Shown one piece after another: positions 37,106 to 46,029 of a stretch of 64,000 nt of DNA; positions within the stretch are counted from its first letter, which is position 1, and each line of letters opens with the position of its first letter. The stretch lies in contig JAJCZZ010000050.1 of the NCBI GenBank assembly GCA_029262115.1, positions 1-64,000 of the forward strand, given 5' to 3'. Origin of the DNA: Gemmatimonadota bacterium. Lineage in GTDB: Bacteria; Gemmatimonadota; Gemmatimonadetes; Longimicrobiales; Gaopeijiaceae. Made by a program: the position numbers and the translations under genes. The notes beneath the pieces are model-generated. The model saw nothing but the letters and a program-made list of their open reading frames with translations. It had not been told where the DNA came from and did not search any database.

Positions 37106-38644
37106 ATGAACCACGCCGCAGGAGGCGTGCTCGTCGAAGACAGCGAGGGGGCCGAGGCCGTCGACGCCGACGGTGACGTGGAAGTCGGGCCGACCGATCC
37201 GCTCGAAATCGTGCTGATCGATCATACCGTCGCTGCACCTCCCGATCCGTCGATCGCCCCCCGCTCGGGCTCGTCCCTCGCCGGTGAACTGGAACGACAG
37301 CGCGATCGATTGCTTCCGTGCGTGCACTGCGGATTCTGCCTTCCGGCGTGCCCGACCTACACCCGACTCGGGGACGAGGCGGACTCACCGAGGGGTCGCC
37401 TCCATCTCATGAGCGCCGTCGTGGAAGGCCGCCTCGACCCGGGCAGCGAAGCGTTCCGTACCCATATCGATCGATGTCTGGGTTGCCGCGCCTGTGAGCC
37501 GGTGTGCCCGTCAGGGGTCGAATATGGGACTCTGCTCGAACTCGCCCGGGATGTCGCACGGTCGGAGGGCCCGTCGAGGCCCCTCAACCGCCTGCTGTTG
37601 GCCGTTTTCTCTTCCCGCATGCTGTCCAACGTTTTTTTCATGACCGGGCGGGCTCTGCGCAGGTCGAGGATCGCCGCGGTGGGTACTCGGGTCCTCCCAA
37701 TGGGCAGTCTGCGGGCAGCGATGGCCATGCTCGCCTCGAGCCACGGCTGGCGTGACCTGGAGCGTGCGCCGGTTCCCGGCCGCCTCACCCGTATGGGTCC
37801 TCCCAAGCCGGCCGATGCCCCGCCGCCGAGGCCCGTGCTCGCCCCCCGAACTCCTCCCCAGCCCGGGAGCCGCGGGCGTGTAGGAGTGTTGGCCGGATGC
37901 GTCCAGTCCGGGCTGTTCGAACGGGTCAACGACGCGACGATCCGATCGCTTCAGGTGAACGGGTTCAACGTGATCGAGGCGCCCGGGCAGCGGTGCTGCG
38001 GCGCGGTCCACGCCCACGGCGGCGCGCTGAAGAGGGCTCGCTCCCTCGCCCGAGCGAACATCAAGGCCTTTGAGGCCGCTCAGGTGGAGTATGTCGTCGT
38101 CAACTCCGCCGGGTGTGGTGCCGCCATGAAGGACTATGCCGAGTTGCTCGCCGCCGACCCGAAGTGGAGCGAGCGGGCCAAGGCGTTCGCCGCAACCGTT
38201 CGGGACGCCACCGAGATGCTGGCGCAGGTCGGGCCGCACCCCGGTGCTGCGGTGCCTTGCGTGGTGGCGTACGACGCGCCCTGCCACCTCCTGCACGCGC
38301 AGGGGATCGTCGACGCGCCACTGGACGTGTTGGGCGCCGTGCCGGCCGTGGAGATCCGCGTCGTGGAGAAGTCGTCCGAATGCTGTGGCGGCGCCGGCAT
38401 CTACGGTCTCACTCATCCGGAGCTGGGTGGTCGCATTACGGCGGACAAGGTCGCCGCCGTCTGCAAGACGGGGTGCGACACCGTCGCCACGCCCAACCAG
38501 GGCTGCATGATGCAGATCGGCGCCGGTCTGCGGATCGAGGGCCACAAGGAGGGCGTCATCCACCCGGTGGAGTTGCTCGACGAGAGTTATCGTCGCGCTG
38601 GCTTCTACCTCGCGAACCTTCCGCCGGGCGTTCGTCGCGGATGA
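37106..38644 (+). CDS. glcF: Glycolate oxidase iron-sulfur subunit GlcF (two 4Fe-4S motifs plus CCG domains)
   Basis: CVHCGFCLPACPTY.. and CLGCRACEPVCPSG.. . Confidence 0.85.
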   Translation: MNHAAGGVLVEDSEGAEAVDADGDVEVGPTDPLEIVLIDHTVAAPPDPSIAPRSGSSLAGELERQRDRLLPCVHCGFCLPACPTYTRLGDEADSPRGRLHLMSAVVEGRLDPGSEAFRTHIDRCLGCRACEPVCPSGVEYGTLLELARDVARSEGPSRPLNRLLLAVFSSRMLSNVFFMTGRALRRSRIAAVGTRVLPMGSLRAAMAMLASSHGWRDLERAPVPGRLTRMGPPKPADAPPPRPVLAPRTPPQPGSRGRVGVLAGCVQSGLFERVNDATIRSLQVNGFNVIEAPGQRCCGAVHAHGGALKRARSLARANIKAFEAAQVEYVVVNSAGCGAAMKDYAELLAADPKWSERAKAFAATVRDATEMLAQVGPHPGAAVPCVVAYDAPCHLLHAQGIVDAPLDVLGAVPAVEIRVVEKSSECCGGAGIYGLTHPELGGRITADKVAAVCKTGCDTVATPNQGCMMQIGAGLRIEGHKEGVIHPVELLDESYRRAGFYLANLPPGVRRG

Positions 38645-39843
38645 AGGCGAGGTCCGATATCACCACGGACCGTGGACAGCGCTTTCTTTCGTGGATGCGA
38701 GGCGAACGCGAGCGAGCGCTGCACCTCCTCGAACGCCTGGTCCTGAACGAGTCGCCGTCCGACGATGCCAGCACGCAGGCCGGACCTCAGGCAATCCTGG
38801 CTGAGGCGTTCGACGACCTCGGGTACCGTGTGCGCCGACTTTCGGGCCGAGCGACCGGCGGCCACCTCCTTGCCGTGCCGCGCGACCGACCGAAGGGTCG
38901 GCCCATCCAACTGCTCGTCGGCCACTCCGACACCGTCTGGCCCGTTGGCACCCTCGAAACGATGCCTTTCGTCGTCGACGGTGACGTTGTCCGCGGCCCG
39001 GGCACGTTCGACATGAAGGGTGGGCTCACCCAGATGATCCTGGCGCTGCGGGCGTTGCGAGATGCCGGGCTGATGCCGCCGGCCACCCCCATTGCCTTCG
39101 TCAATTCGGACGAGGAGATCGGCAGCCCGGAGTCCCGGAAGTGGGTGGCGGCGGTGGCTCGGACGACGTGCCGGGCGTTCGTCCTTGAGCCGGCTCGTGG
39201 ACCGATGGGCGAGATCAAGACAGCCCGGAAGGGTGTCGGGATGTACACGGTCACCGTCACGGGTGTGGCCGCGCACGCGGGCCTGGACCCGACGGGCGGT
39301 GCCTCGGCCATCGACGCACTGGCCCGCTTGATTCCACGGATCCACGCGCTGACCGACCTCGAGCGCGGACGGAGCCTGAACGTGGGGGTCATCCGGGGCG
39401 GAACGCGAGCGAACGTCATTGCTGCGGAGGCGTCGGCCGTCATCGACATGCGGGTCACCACCGGGTCGGACGCCGCCGAGGTCGACACGGCGCTCCGGGG
39501 GCTCGAGAGTGATGTAGAAGGGATATCGATCCACGTCGATGGCGGGCTCCGCGCTCCGCCGTTGGAACGAACCCCGCGGAATCGAACGCTCTGGCAGGCC
39601 GCACGCGTGGCGGGTCGGTCCGTCGGTCTCGAACTCACCGACACGATGGTCGGAGGCGGTTCGGATGGGAACACGACGAGCCAGTACACCGCGACGTTGG
39701 ACGGCCTGGGGCCGGTCGGCGACGGGGCGCACGCGGTCACCGAGCACCTGCACATCGACAAGCTCCTCGAACGGGCGGCCCTCCTGGCCGAGTTACTTTT
39801 GCTGCCGGTCGAGGGGGCCGGGGAGCCGGCTGACCCGTCATGA
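38641..39843 (+). CDS. M20-family metallopeptidase/amidohydrolase (carboxypeptidase G2-like); candidate N-succinyl-L-amino-acid desuccinylase
   Basis: HSDTVWP.., ..NSDEEIGS.. metal ligands. ATGA overlap with the glcF stop. Confidence 0.85.
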   Translation: MKARSDITTDRGQRFLSWMRGERERALHLLERLVLNESPSDDASTQAGPQAILAEAFDDLGYRVRRLSGRATGGHLLAVPRDRPKGRPIQLLVGHSDTVWPVGTLETMPFVVDGDVVRGPGTFDMKGGLTQMILALRALRDAGLMPPATPIAFVNSDEEIGSPESRKWVAAVARTTCRAFVLEPARGPMGEIKTARKGVGMYTVTVTGVAAHAGLDPTGGASAIDALARLIPRIHALTDLERGRSLNVGVIRGGTRANVIAAEASAVIDMRVTTGSDAAEVDTALRGLESDVEGISIHVDGGLRAPPLERTPRNRTLWQAARVAGRSVGLELTDTMVGGGSDGNTTSQYTATLDGLGPVGDGAHAVTEHLHIDKLLERAALLAELLLLPVEGAGEPADPS

Positions 39844-40781
39844 CGACGGTGGTCCCGCCTTCGTCTAGGATCCGGTCGCTCGAGACCATGGACGACTATC
39901 GAGCGTGCATTTCGCTGCAGGAGGCGACCTGGGGGGAGGGTTTCAGCGAGCGCGTTTCCATGGCCGTCCTCAAGGTCTCCCAGATTCTGGGCGGCGTGGC
40001 CGCCGGAGCGTTCTCCGAGAACGGGACGTTGGACGGCTTCGTTTTCGGGATGACGGGACCGCGTGACGGAGAGGTCGTGCACTGGTCGGACATGCTTGCC
40101 GTGCGTCGCGGCCTACGTGACTCGGGCCTGGGTTCCCGGCTCAAGGCATATCAACGCGACGTCCTCCTTTCGGCCGGTGTCCGGCTGATGCACTGGACCT
40201 TTGATCCGCTTCAGGCCCGGAACGCCCACCTAAATTTCATGAAGCTCGGTATCGTGGTGCGGGAGTATCGCCATGACATGTACGGAGCGTCCGACTCACC
40301 GCTACATCGCGGGATCGGAACCGACCGGTTCGTGGCGTCCTGGTACATGGACTCCGAGCGGGTGATCGCGAATATGGAGCGTCTCGACGGACGGGGCGCT
40401 CCTCGGGATCGAACTGCCCGCGACGATCGGGGCACCGTCGACTCGACAGCTGCTCTCGACGCGCCCGTCGCTGTCGACCCGTCCGTCGCCCTCGACGCGC
40501 CCGCCGCTCTCGACGCGGTGGCGCGGCCGGAGGGAGAACCTCCCCGACCGGGGTCGGTCCACCTCGATCTCGACGGGTCGGCCGTCCGTGTCGCCATTCC
40601 TGCGGATATCGGGGCCGTCATGGCCGCCGATATGGACCTCGCTCTCGCTTGGCGACAGGCTACCCGCCGGGTGTTTGACCACTATTTGGCATCCGGCTTC
40701 GAAGTGAACGGTTTCTCCCGCGGCACTTCCGTCTGCCACTACCTACTCTCTCCCTGCTCAAGTCGACGCTTGACACCATGA
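39840..40781 (+). CDS. GNAT-family acyltransferase with repetitive ALDAP C-terminal extension; candidate amino-acid N-succinyltransferase
   Basis: GNAT core, then AALDAPVAVDPSVALDAPAALDAVA repeats. ATGA overlaps on both sides. Confidence 0.7.
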   Translation: MTTVVPPSSRIRSLETMDDYRACISLQEATWGEGFSERVSMAVLKVSQILGGVAAGAFSENGTLDGFVFGMTGPRDGEVVHWSDMLAVRRGLRDSGLGSRLKAYQRDVLLSAGVRLMHWTFDPLQARNAHLNFMKLGIVVREYRHDMYGASDSPLHRGIGTDRFVASWYMDSERVIANMERLDGRGAPRDRTARDDRGTVDSTAALDAPVAVDPSVALDAPAALDAVARPEGEPPRPGSVHLDLDGSAVRVAIPADIGAVMAADMDLALAWRQATRRVFDHYLASGFEVNGFSRGTSVCHYLLSPCSSRRLTP

Positions 40782-41884
40782 AGATCGAACGAGCCGTCCT
40801 CCGCGAGGTACCTCTCCGTCTGAAGGAGTACTTCGAGATCAGCAGCGGCGGGAAGCAGGACCGCCGGATCCTTCTCCTCACACTGCACGGCGAGGGTCTG
40901 GAAGGGTGGAGCGAATGCGTGGTCGGCGAGGAGCCGAGCTACTCCTACGAGACGACCGAAACCGCGTGGCACATCCTCACGGACTACCTGCTGCCGGCCG
41001 TCGTCGGGCGGGACGCGAGCGGACCGGAGGATCTGCTCGCCCCGGTGCCCTGGCTGCGCGGACACCCCATGGCCAAGGCATGTGTGGAGATGGCCGGGTG
41101 GGACATGGCCGCGCGAATGGATGGGATCTCTCTGTCGAAGAAGCTGGGCGGCGTCCGCGGGCGGGTTCCGGTGGGGGTCAGCATCGGTATTCAGAAGAGC
41201 GACGCGGCGCTGCTCGACAAGGTCGCTGGCTATGTCGACGAGGGATACGCCAGGATCAAGATCAAGATCAAACCCGGCCGGGACGTGGAGATGCTGGCAC
41301 GCGTGAGAGAGGCGTTCCCGGTTACCCTGCTGATGGCGGATGCCAACTCCGCCTATCGCCTGTCCGACATCGACCGGCTGAAGGCCATGGACGAGTTGGG
41401 CCTGACCATGTTCGAACAGCCGCTGGCGTACGACGACATCCGTGATCATGCTCGGCTCCAGGCACAGTTGGATACGCCCATCTGCCTGGATGAGTCCATC
41501 CATTCGGTTCAGGACGCTCGACTGGCACTCGAGCTCGGAGCGTGCCGGATCATCAACATCAAGCCCGGGCGCGTGGGCGGCCTCGCCAGCGCAAAGCGAA
41601 TCCACGCGGTGATGGTGGCCGCCCGACTTCCGGTATGGTGCGGCGGCATGCTCGAGTCGGGCATCGGACGCGCGCACAATGTCGCCCTTGCGTCTCTACC
41701 CGGCTTCACCCTTCCGGGTGACATATCCGCGAGCCAACGATATTGGGAACAGGACATCGTGGACCCGGAGTTCACGGTGCACGAAGGACACATGAAGGTG
41801 CCCACGGGGGCTGGTATTGGTGTGGAGCCTGACCGCGAGCGGATCGAGGAGCTCACGGTGCGCAGGGCGGCCTTCGGCGACTGA
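40778..41884 (+). CDS. Enolase-superfamily o-succinylbenzoate synthase / N-succinylamino acid racemase (NSAR)
   Basis: KIKIKPG..D(A)NSAY..; catalytic Lys/Asp pattern of MR-subgroup OSBS/NSAR. Confidence 0.88.
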   Translation: MKIERAVLREVPLRLKEYFEISSGGKQDRRILLLTLHGEGLEGWSECVVGEEPSYSYETTETAWHILTDYLLPAVVGRDASGPEDLLAPVPWLRGHPMAKACVEMAGWDMAARMDGISLSKKLGGVRGRVPVGVSIGIQKSDAALLDKVAGYVDEGYARIKIKIKPGRDVEMLARVREAFPVTLLMADANSAYRLSDIDRLKAMDELGLTMFEQPLAYDDIRDHARLQAQLDTPICLDESIHSVQDARLALELGACRIINIKPGRVGGLASAKRIHAVMVAARLPVWCGGMLESGIGRAHNVALASLPGFTLPGDISASQRYWEQDIVDPEFTVHEGHMKVPTGAGIGVEPDRERIEELTVRRAAFGD

Positions 41885-42047
41885 GACCGAAGACAAGCTC
41901 AGGCCCGGCAGGAGGCCTGGTATCCTGCGACAGGCTCGACAGGCTCGACAGGCGGTCCTCAGGCGGGCTTTGGGCGGGCGTTGGGCGACCCCCTCGCGCT
42001 ACGCTGGAAGGCGCCTCCGAGGGTCGCCCCATCTCTTCAGCGTCTCC

Positions 42048-42692
42048 CTACCTGCTGGAGCGAAACTCGAAGGAGGCGCTGCGCAGCCGGAACCTCTTCG
42101 CGGGCAGACCGAGCATCTTCACCAGCACCTCGCGCACTCCTCGCCCAACCGCGCTCTCGCCGCTCTCTTCACCGGTGGCGGCACTGCCCAGCTCTCCACG
42201 CAGCCAACGCTGCAGTTCTTCCAGATCCGCAAGGGAGAGCGTCTCGATCTCGATGCGAACGAGATAGTAGTACCGTCCCCGCTCGCGCGGTCGAACCGAC
42301 AGAGAGAACTCCTCCTCCAACACGTCTTCCACAAGAGGGAGTGAGTCCACCGCGATCTCCGGGCGTCCCCGACCCGCCGTGTTCACCCGGTATCGCCGAC
42401 CGAGCGGATCATACACGACGCTCGCCCGCCACTCGCCCCGTGCGACCTGACTGTCGAAGAATCCGTCCTTCCACAGCTCCCCGATCAGGAGAATCCGTAG
42501 CGGCAGGCCGGAGTGGAGCGCTTCCGCGAGTTCCTCGTCAGCCGTGAAGAGACTGCCGATGCGCAACTGCAGCGACCCATGATCGGGTGACACGCCCAGG
42601 TAAAGAGGAGCGGGCTCCGTGGCCGACTGCCCGACTGTCGATGCGGGGGTCGCGAGCGACCCGCACGCGCAACTGAGCACCATGCCCATGAT
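42048..42692 (-). CDS. Lipoprotein; DUF4390-like by size and context (tentative)
   Basis: MGMVLSCACGS lipobox region. It is the last gene of the sigma54 two-component module. DUF4390 family genes characteristically neighbour NtrY/NtrX-type systems; this assignment is from memory. Confidence 0.5.
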   Translation of the reverse strand: MMGMVLSCACGSLATPASTVGQSATEPAPLYLGVSPDHGSLQLRIGSLFTADEELAEALHSGLPLRILLIGELWKDGFFDSQVARGEWRASVVYDPLGRRYRVNTAGRGRPEIAVDSLPLVEDVLEEEFSLSVRPRERGRYYYLVRIEIETLSLADLEELQRWLRGELGSAATGEESGESAVGRGVREVLVKMLGLPAKRFRLRSASFEFRSSR

Positions 42693-42757
42693 GCGCAGTG
42701 CCCTCCGGGGTCTCCCCCCGGGTTGCGTGCCGGTACCGACCATTCGCGGCGTCGTGA

Positions 42758-44497
42758 TCAGAACCGGTGGTCGAGACGAAGAAAGAAGTTCACGCCACGG
42801 TCGTCTCCGGTCAGCGGGTACGCCCAGTAGAGTCCGACGTCACTGATGAAGAAGCCCACGCCCACGTCCGCAAACGTGTCGGTATCCCGCCGCATCACCG
42901 GACCGAGCGGTGCGTTCTCGGCCACCCACCCCTTGCCAGCGTCGAAGAAGACGGCCCACCTCGGAGTGGCGTCGAACGAGGGGCGCCAGTCCCAGTCGTC
43001 CGCCCAGCCGTCCTCGTCCCAGTCGTCGTCCAGATCGATGTCGATCGAGAACGACCCCCGGTACTCTGCCTGGAACAGGGCGATGCGGTCGCAGCCGTAG
43101 TTCCCGAAGACGGTGCTCCTTCCATTGCCTCGCACGGTGGAGAAGGGACGGTCGCGAGCGCCACAGTCGAGGGCGAAGGGTCGATATCCCGGGAGAGAGC
43201 CCTCGCCCCCCATGGCGTGCTGTCGCTGGGCCGGCAGCGGCTCGTCATCGAGCGATCCGGCCAGGACGCCGCGCAGGCTGAGGTCGGACGAGGGGCCGAG
43301 CCGAGCATACCGGCGCACGTCGACGAACGCCGACCGGAACTCCCCGTTCTGGTCGGTCGGGTCGATCGACCCGCCAGGCCCACCATCGAGGGGATCGAGT
43401 TGACGGCGGTTGAGTCGTCCGGACAGGCCGCCCTCCCCTCGGAGTGCCAGGTACCATCCGTCGGTGGGGTCGTAGCGGTCGTTTCGCCGGTCGATCGTGA
43501 GGTCCGCGAACACGCTCTCCAGACTTCCTTCGGCAATGAGCGGCTGAGGGCGCCACGCCCGATCGTTGTTCCGGAGTGTCCAGGGCGACCCGACCGGCGC
43601 GAATCGATGATCCTGGTCGCGGTACCCCACGGTCAATCGCACGCCTTCGTCGCGGTCGTCGTAGCGACCGAACACGCTCCACCCCTCCACGTCGTAGTAG
43701 TCCCGGTAGTCCCGATGAAAGAGGACCGCCGCCAGGGACGCCTCCTGATCGGAGAGGCCCCACGTCTCGATCGGTGTGACGAGCGACTGCGCGGTCCCCC
43801 CGAGGGAGAACCTCCCTCCGGGCCCGAGATGTTGTTCGATCCCGAGGAACCAGCCGAAGTCGCCGCCGTCCGACGAGAAGCCACGGTCGGTCCGCCAGAC
43901 GCCTTCGGCCCGCACGGTCATCGGGTTGCGGCCTCGCGTCTCGAAGACCGGACCGAACCGCACGGGCAACCCTTCGACGCGGTTGTACGCATCCTCCACG
44001 CGAACGCGGAACCGGGATCGCCAGGACGGCCCCCGATAGTCCCACTGTCGGGATGTGCGGCGCGGTCGCTCGTACGCAATACGATCGCCCCGACGAGCGT
44101 ACGTCAGCGGCTGGTCGTAGATCGTCAGGCGGCCGCCGACGGTGCGGGGCGGCGCCTCGGCCGTACCGCCGAGGACGGTGACGTCGCCGTCGATCCGCCC
44201 CCCCGGCTCGATGATCAGGTCGCCGTTGACCACCACCACGTCGCCCATGATCCGTCCCGATACCGAGACCGGGCCTCCCAGGACCGCTACATCCGAGTCG
44301 ATGACGTCGCCGCTGGCGATCGTGGCTGGGGCCTGCATCCTCACGGTCCCGGCGGCGTTGAAGAAGTCGATGATCTCGTCGGCCACGTGGACCGGCAGGT
44401 CGAGCTCGTCCACTTCCTGCGCGGCAGCCGGTCCCACGAGCCCCGCTCCCCCGGCTCCCACGGCCACGAGGACCCCCACCACCAGTTGCCGCATCAT
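42758..44497 (-). CDS. Secreted protein with N-terminal bactofilin-type (polymer-forming cytoskeletal) repeat domain and C-terminal outer-membrane beta-barrel-like domain ending in Phe
   Basis: Signal peptide MMRQLVVGVLVAVGAGGAGLVGPAAAQ; GDVVVVNGDLIIEPGGRIDGDVTVLGG repeats; Asp/Trp/Gly-rich C-terminal region ending ...FFLRLDHRF. Confidence 0.6.
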   Translation of the reverse strand: MMRQLVVGVLVAVGAGGAGLVGPAAAQEVDELDLPVHVADEIIDFFNAAGTVRMQAPATIASGDVIDSDVAVLGGPVSVSGRIMGDVVVVNGDLIIEPGGRIDGDVTVLGGTAEAPPRTVGGRLTIYDQPLTYARRGDRIAYERPRRTSRQWDYRGPSWRSRFRVRVEDAYNRVEGLPVRFGPVFETRGRNPMTVRAEGVWRTDRGFSSDGGDFGWFLGIEQHLGPGGRFSLGGTAQSLVTPIETWGLSDQEASLAAVLFHRDYRDYYDVEGWSVFGRYDDRDEGVRLTVGYRDQDHRFAPVGSPWTLRNNDRAWRPQPLIAEGSLESVFADLTIDRRNDRYDPTDGWYLALRGEGGLSGRLNRRQLDPLDGGPGGSIDPTDQNGEFRSAFVDVRRYARLGPSSDLSLRGVLAGSLDDEPLPAQRQHAMGGEGSLPGYRPFALDCGARDRPFSTVRGNGRSTVFGNYGCDRIALFQAEYRGSFSIDIDLDDDWDEDGWADDWDWRPSFDATPRWAVFFDAGKGWVAENAPLGPVMRRDTDTFADVGVGFFISDVGLYWAYPLTGDDRGVNFFLRLDHRF

Positions 44498-44540
44498 CCC
44501 GCACCTGCCCGAAAGAGAGATCGTCCCACCCGAACCGATG

Positions 44541-44559
44541 AAAGGCACGCCCCGTACCA
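44541..44559 (-). promoter_or_regulatory. Sigma54-type promoter TGGTACG-gggc-GTGC about 45 nt upstream of the 44497 start
   Basis: GG and GC elements at the correct -24/-12 spacing on the minus strand (9/12 consensus positions). It lies downstream of the sigma54-activator gene. Confidence 0.4.
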
Positions 44560-44664
44560 GGAGGCGAAGAGCACGAGAAACGTTGTCCGACCTGGCGATC
44601 TCCCATTTACCGTCTTTTCCGCACCGTTGCGATCTGCCACGGGTCGTGTCGCTCCGACACGTAC

Positions 44665-46029
44665 TCATTCGTCCCGGAGACCGAGCCGTTTCATCCGCCG
44701 ATACAGGTTCGCCCGATCCGTGCGGAGGCGCCTGCCGGCGTCCGCGACGTTGTCGCCCGCGGCATCGAGCGCCCCCTCGATCAGGGTCCGTTCGTAGTCG
44801 TCCAGGCGGGACCGGAGGTCGCGGGAGTCGTCCGGGTCGAAGAATGGACCAACCGGTGCTCTCAGCCCCCGCGATCCCGAGAGCACCGCGGATACGTCGT
44901 GGTCCTCGATTGTCGGCCCGGGGGTGAGGATTGCCAGCCGCTCGACCAGGTTCAGAAGTTCACGGACGTTGCCTGGCCACGCGTACTCTTCGAGACGGCG
45001 CACGGCTTCGGCTGAGAAGTCCGGGACCAGCAGGCCCTCCCGGCGACGCAGGCGATCGACCGCGTGGCGGAGGAGCGGAGTCACGTCCGCTCGCCGCTGG
45101 CGAAGGGGGGGCACGTGAATGGGTACGACGTCCAGGCGAAAGAGGAGATCCTCCCGAAACGAACCCTCCTCGACCGATTGATGGAGATCTCGGTTGGTCG
45201 CGGCCACGACCCGGACGTCGACGTCGATCGGGTCGCCCCCTCCCACCCGCTCGACCACACCGGTCTCGAGGGCGCGGAGCAGTTTGGCCTGAGCTTCGAG
45301 CCCGAGATCGCCGACCTCGTCGAGGAACAGCGTACCCCCGTGCGCCAACTCGAAACGCCCCCTCCTGCGCTGCGTCGCCCCGGTGAACGCCCCCTTTTCG
45401 TGGCCGAACATCTCGCTTTCGACCAGATCCCTGGGGATGGCGGCCGAGTTGACCTGGACGAAGGGGCCGCCCTTCCGCTTCGACAGCGTGTGGATGGCCG
45501 CCGCGACGAGCTCCTTTCCCGTACCGCTCTCACCGGTAATGAGCACGCGGGCGCTCGTGGGCGCGACGCGCCGGACCAGGGCCCGCACGTTCTCGATCTC
45601 GTCCGACCGTCCGATGAGCTCGACTCCGGGCCCCAGCGATTCGGTCAAAGAGCGCGACAAGTCACGGGCCCGGGACACCTCCAGGGCGGCGGCCAGGGTC
45701 ACCAGAAGCGACTCTGCGGACAGCGGCTTCTCCAGGAAGTGGAACGCACCGCTGCGGGTCGCACGAACCGCGTCCGAGAGCGTCGCCTGCCCGCTCATCA
45801 TCACGACCGGAACGCCGGGCGCGGCGTCGGCGAAGTGAGGAAGCGCCTCCGCGCCGTCCATTCCCGGGAGCATGAGGTCGAGCAGGATCACCTCCGGTCG
45901 GGAGTTATCAAGGTCCGCCAGCCCCTCTTCAGCGCTCCCGGCCTCCGACACGGTCCAGTTCTCCGACTCCAGCACCGCTCGAACCATACGGCGGATGTTG
46001 CCCTCGTCGTCGACGATGAGTACGCGCAT
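44665..46029 (-). CDS. Sigma54-dependent response regulator (NtrC/NtrX family: REC + AAA+ GAFTGA-type + Fis HTH)
   Basis: MRVLIVDDEGN..; GESGTGKE Walker A; GAFTGA loop; C-terminal HTH. TGATG overlap with the histidine-kinase stop. Confidence 0.9.
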   Translation of the reverse strand: MRVLIVDDEGNIRRMVRAVLESENWTVSEAGSAEEGLADLDNSRPEVILLDLMLPGMDGAEALPHFADAAPGVPVVMMSGQATLSDAVRATRSGAFHFLEKPLSAESLLVTLAAALEVSRARDLSRSLTESLGPGVELIGRSDEIENVRALVRRVAPTSARVLITGESGTGKELVAAAIHTLSKRKGGPFVQVNSAAIPRDLVESEMFGHEKGAFTGATQRRRGRFELAHGGTLFLDEVGDLGLEAQAKLLRALETGVVERVGGGDPIDVDVRVVAATNRDLHQSVEEGSFREDLLFRLDVVPIHVPPLRQRRADVTPLLRHAVDRLRRREGLLVPDFSAEAVRRLEEYAWPGNVRELLNLVERLAILTPGPTIEDHDVSAVLSGSRGLRAPVGPFFDPDDSRDLRSRLDDYERTLIEGALDAAGDNVADAGRRLRTDRANLYRRMKRLGLRDE

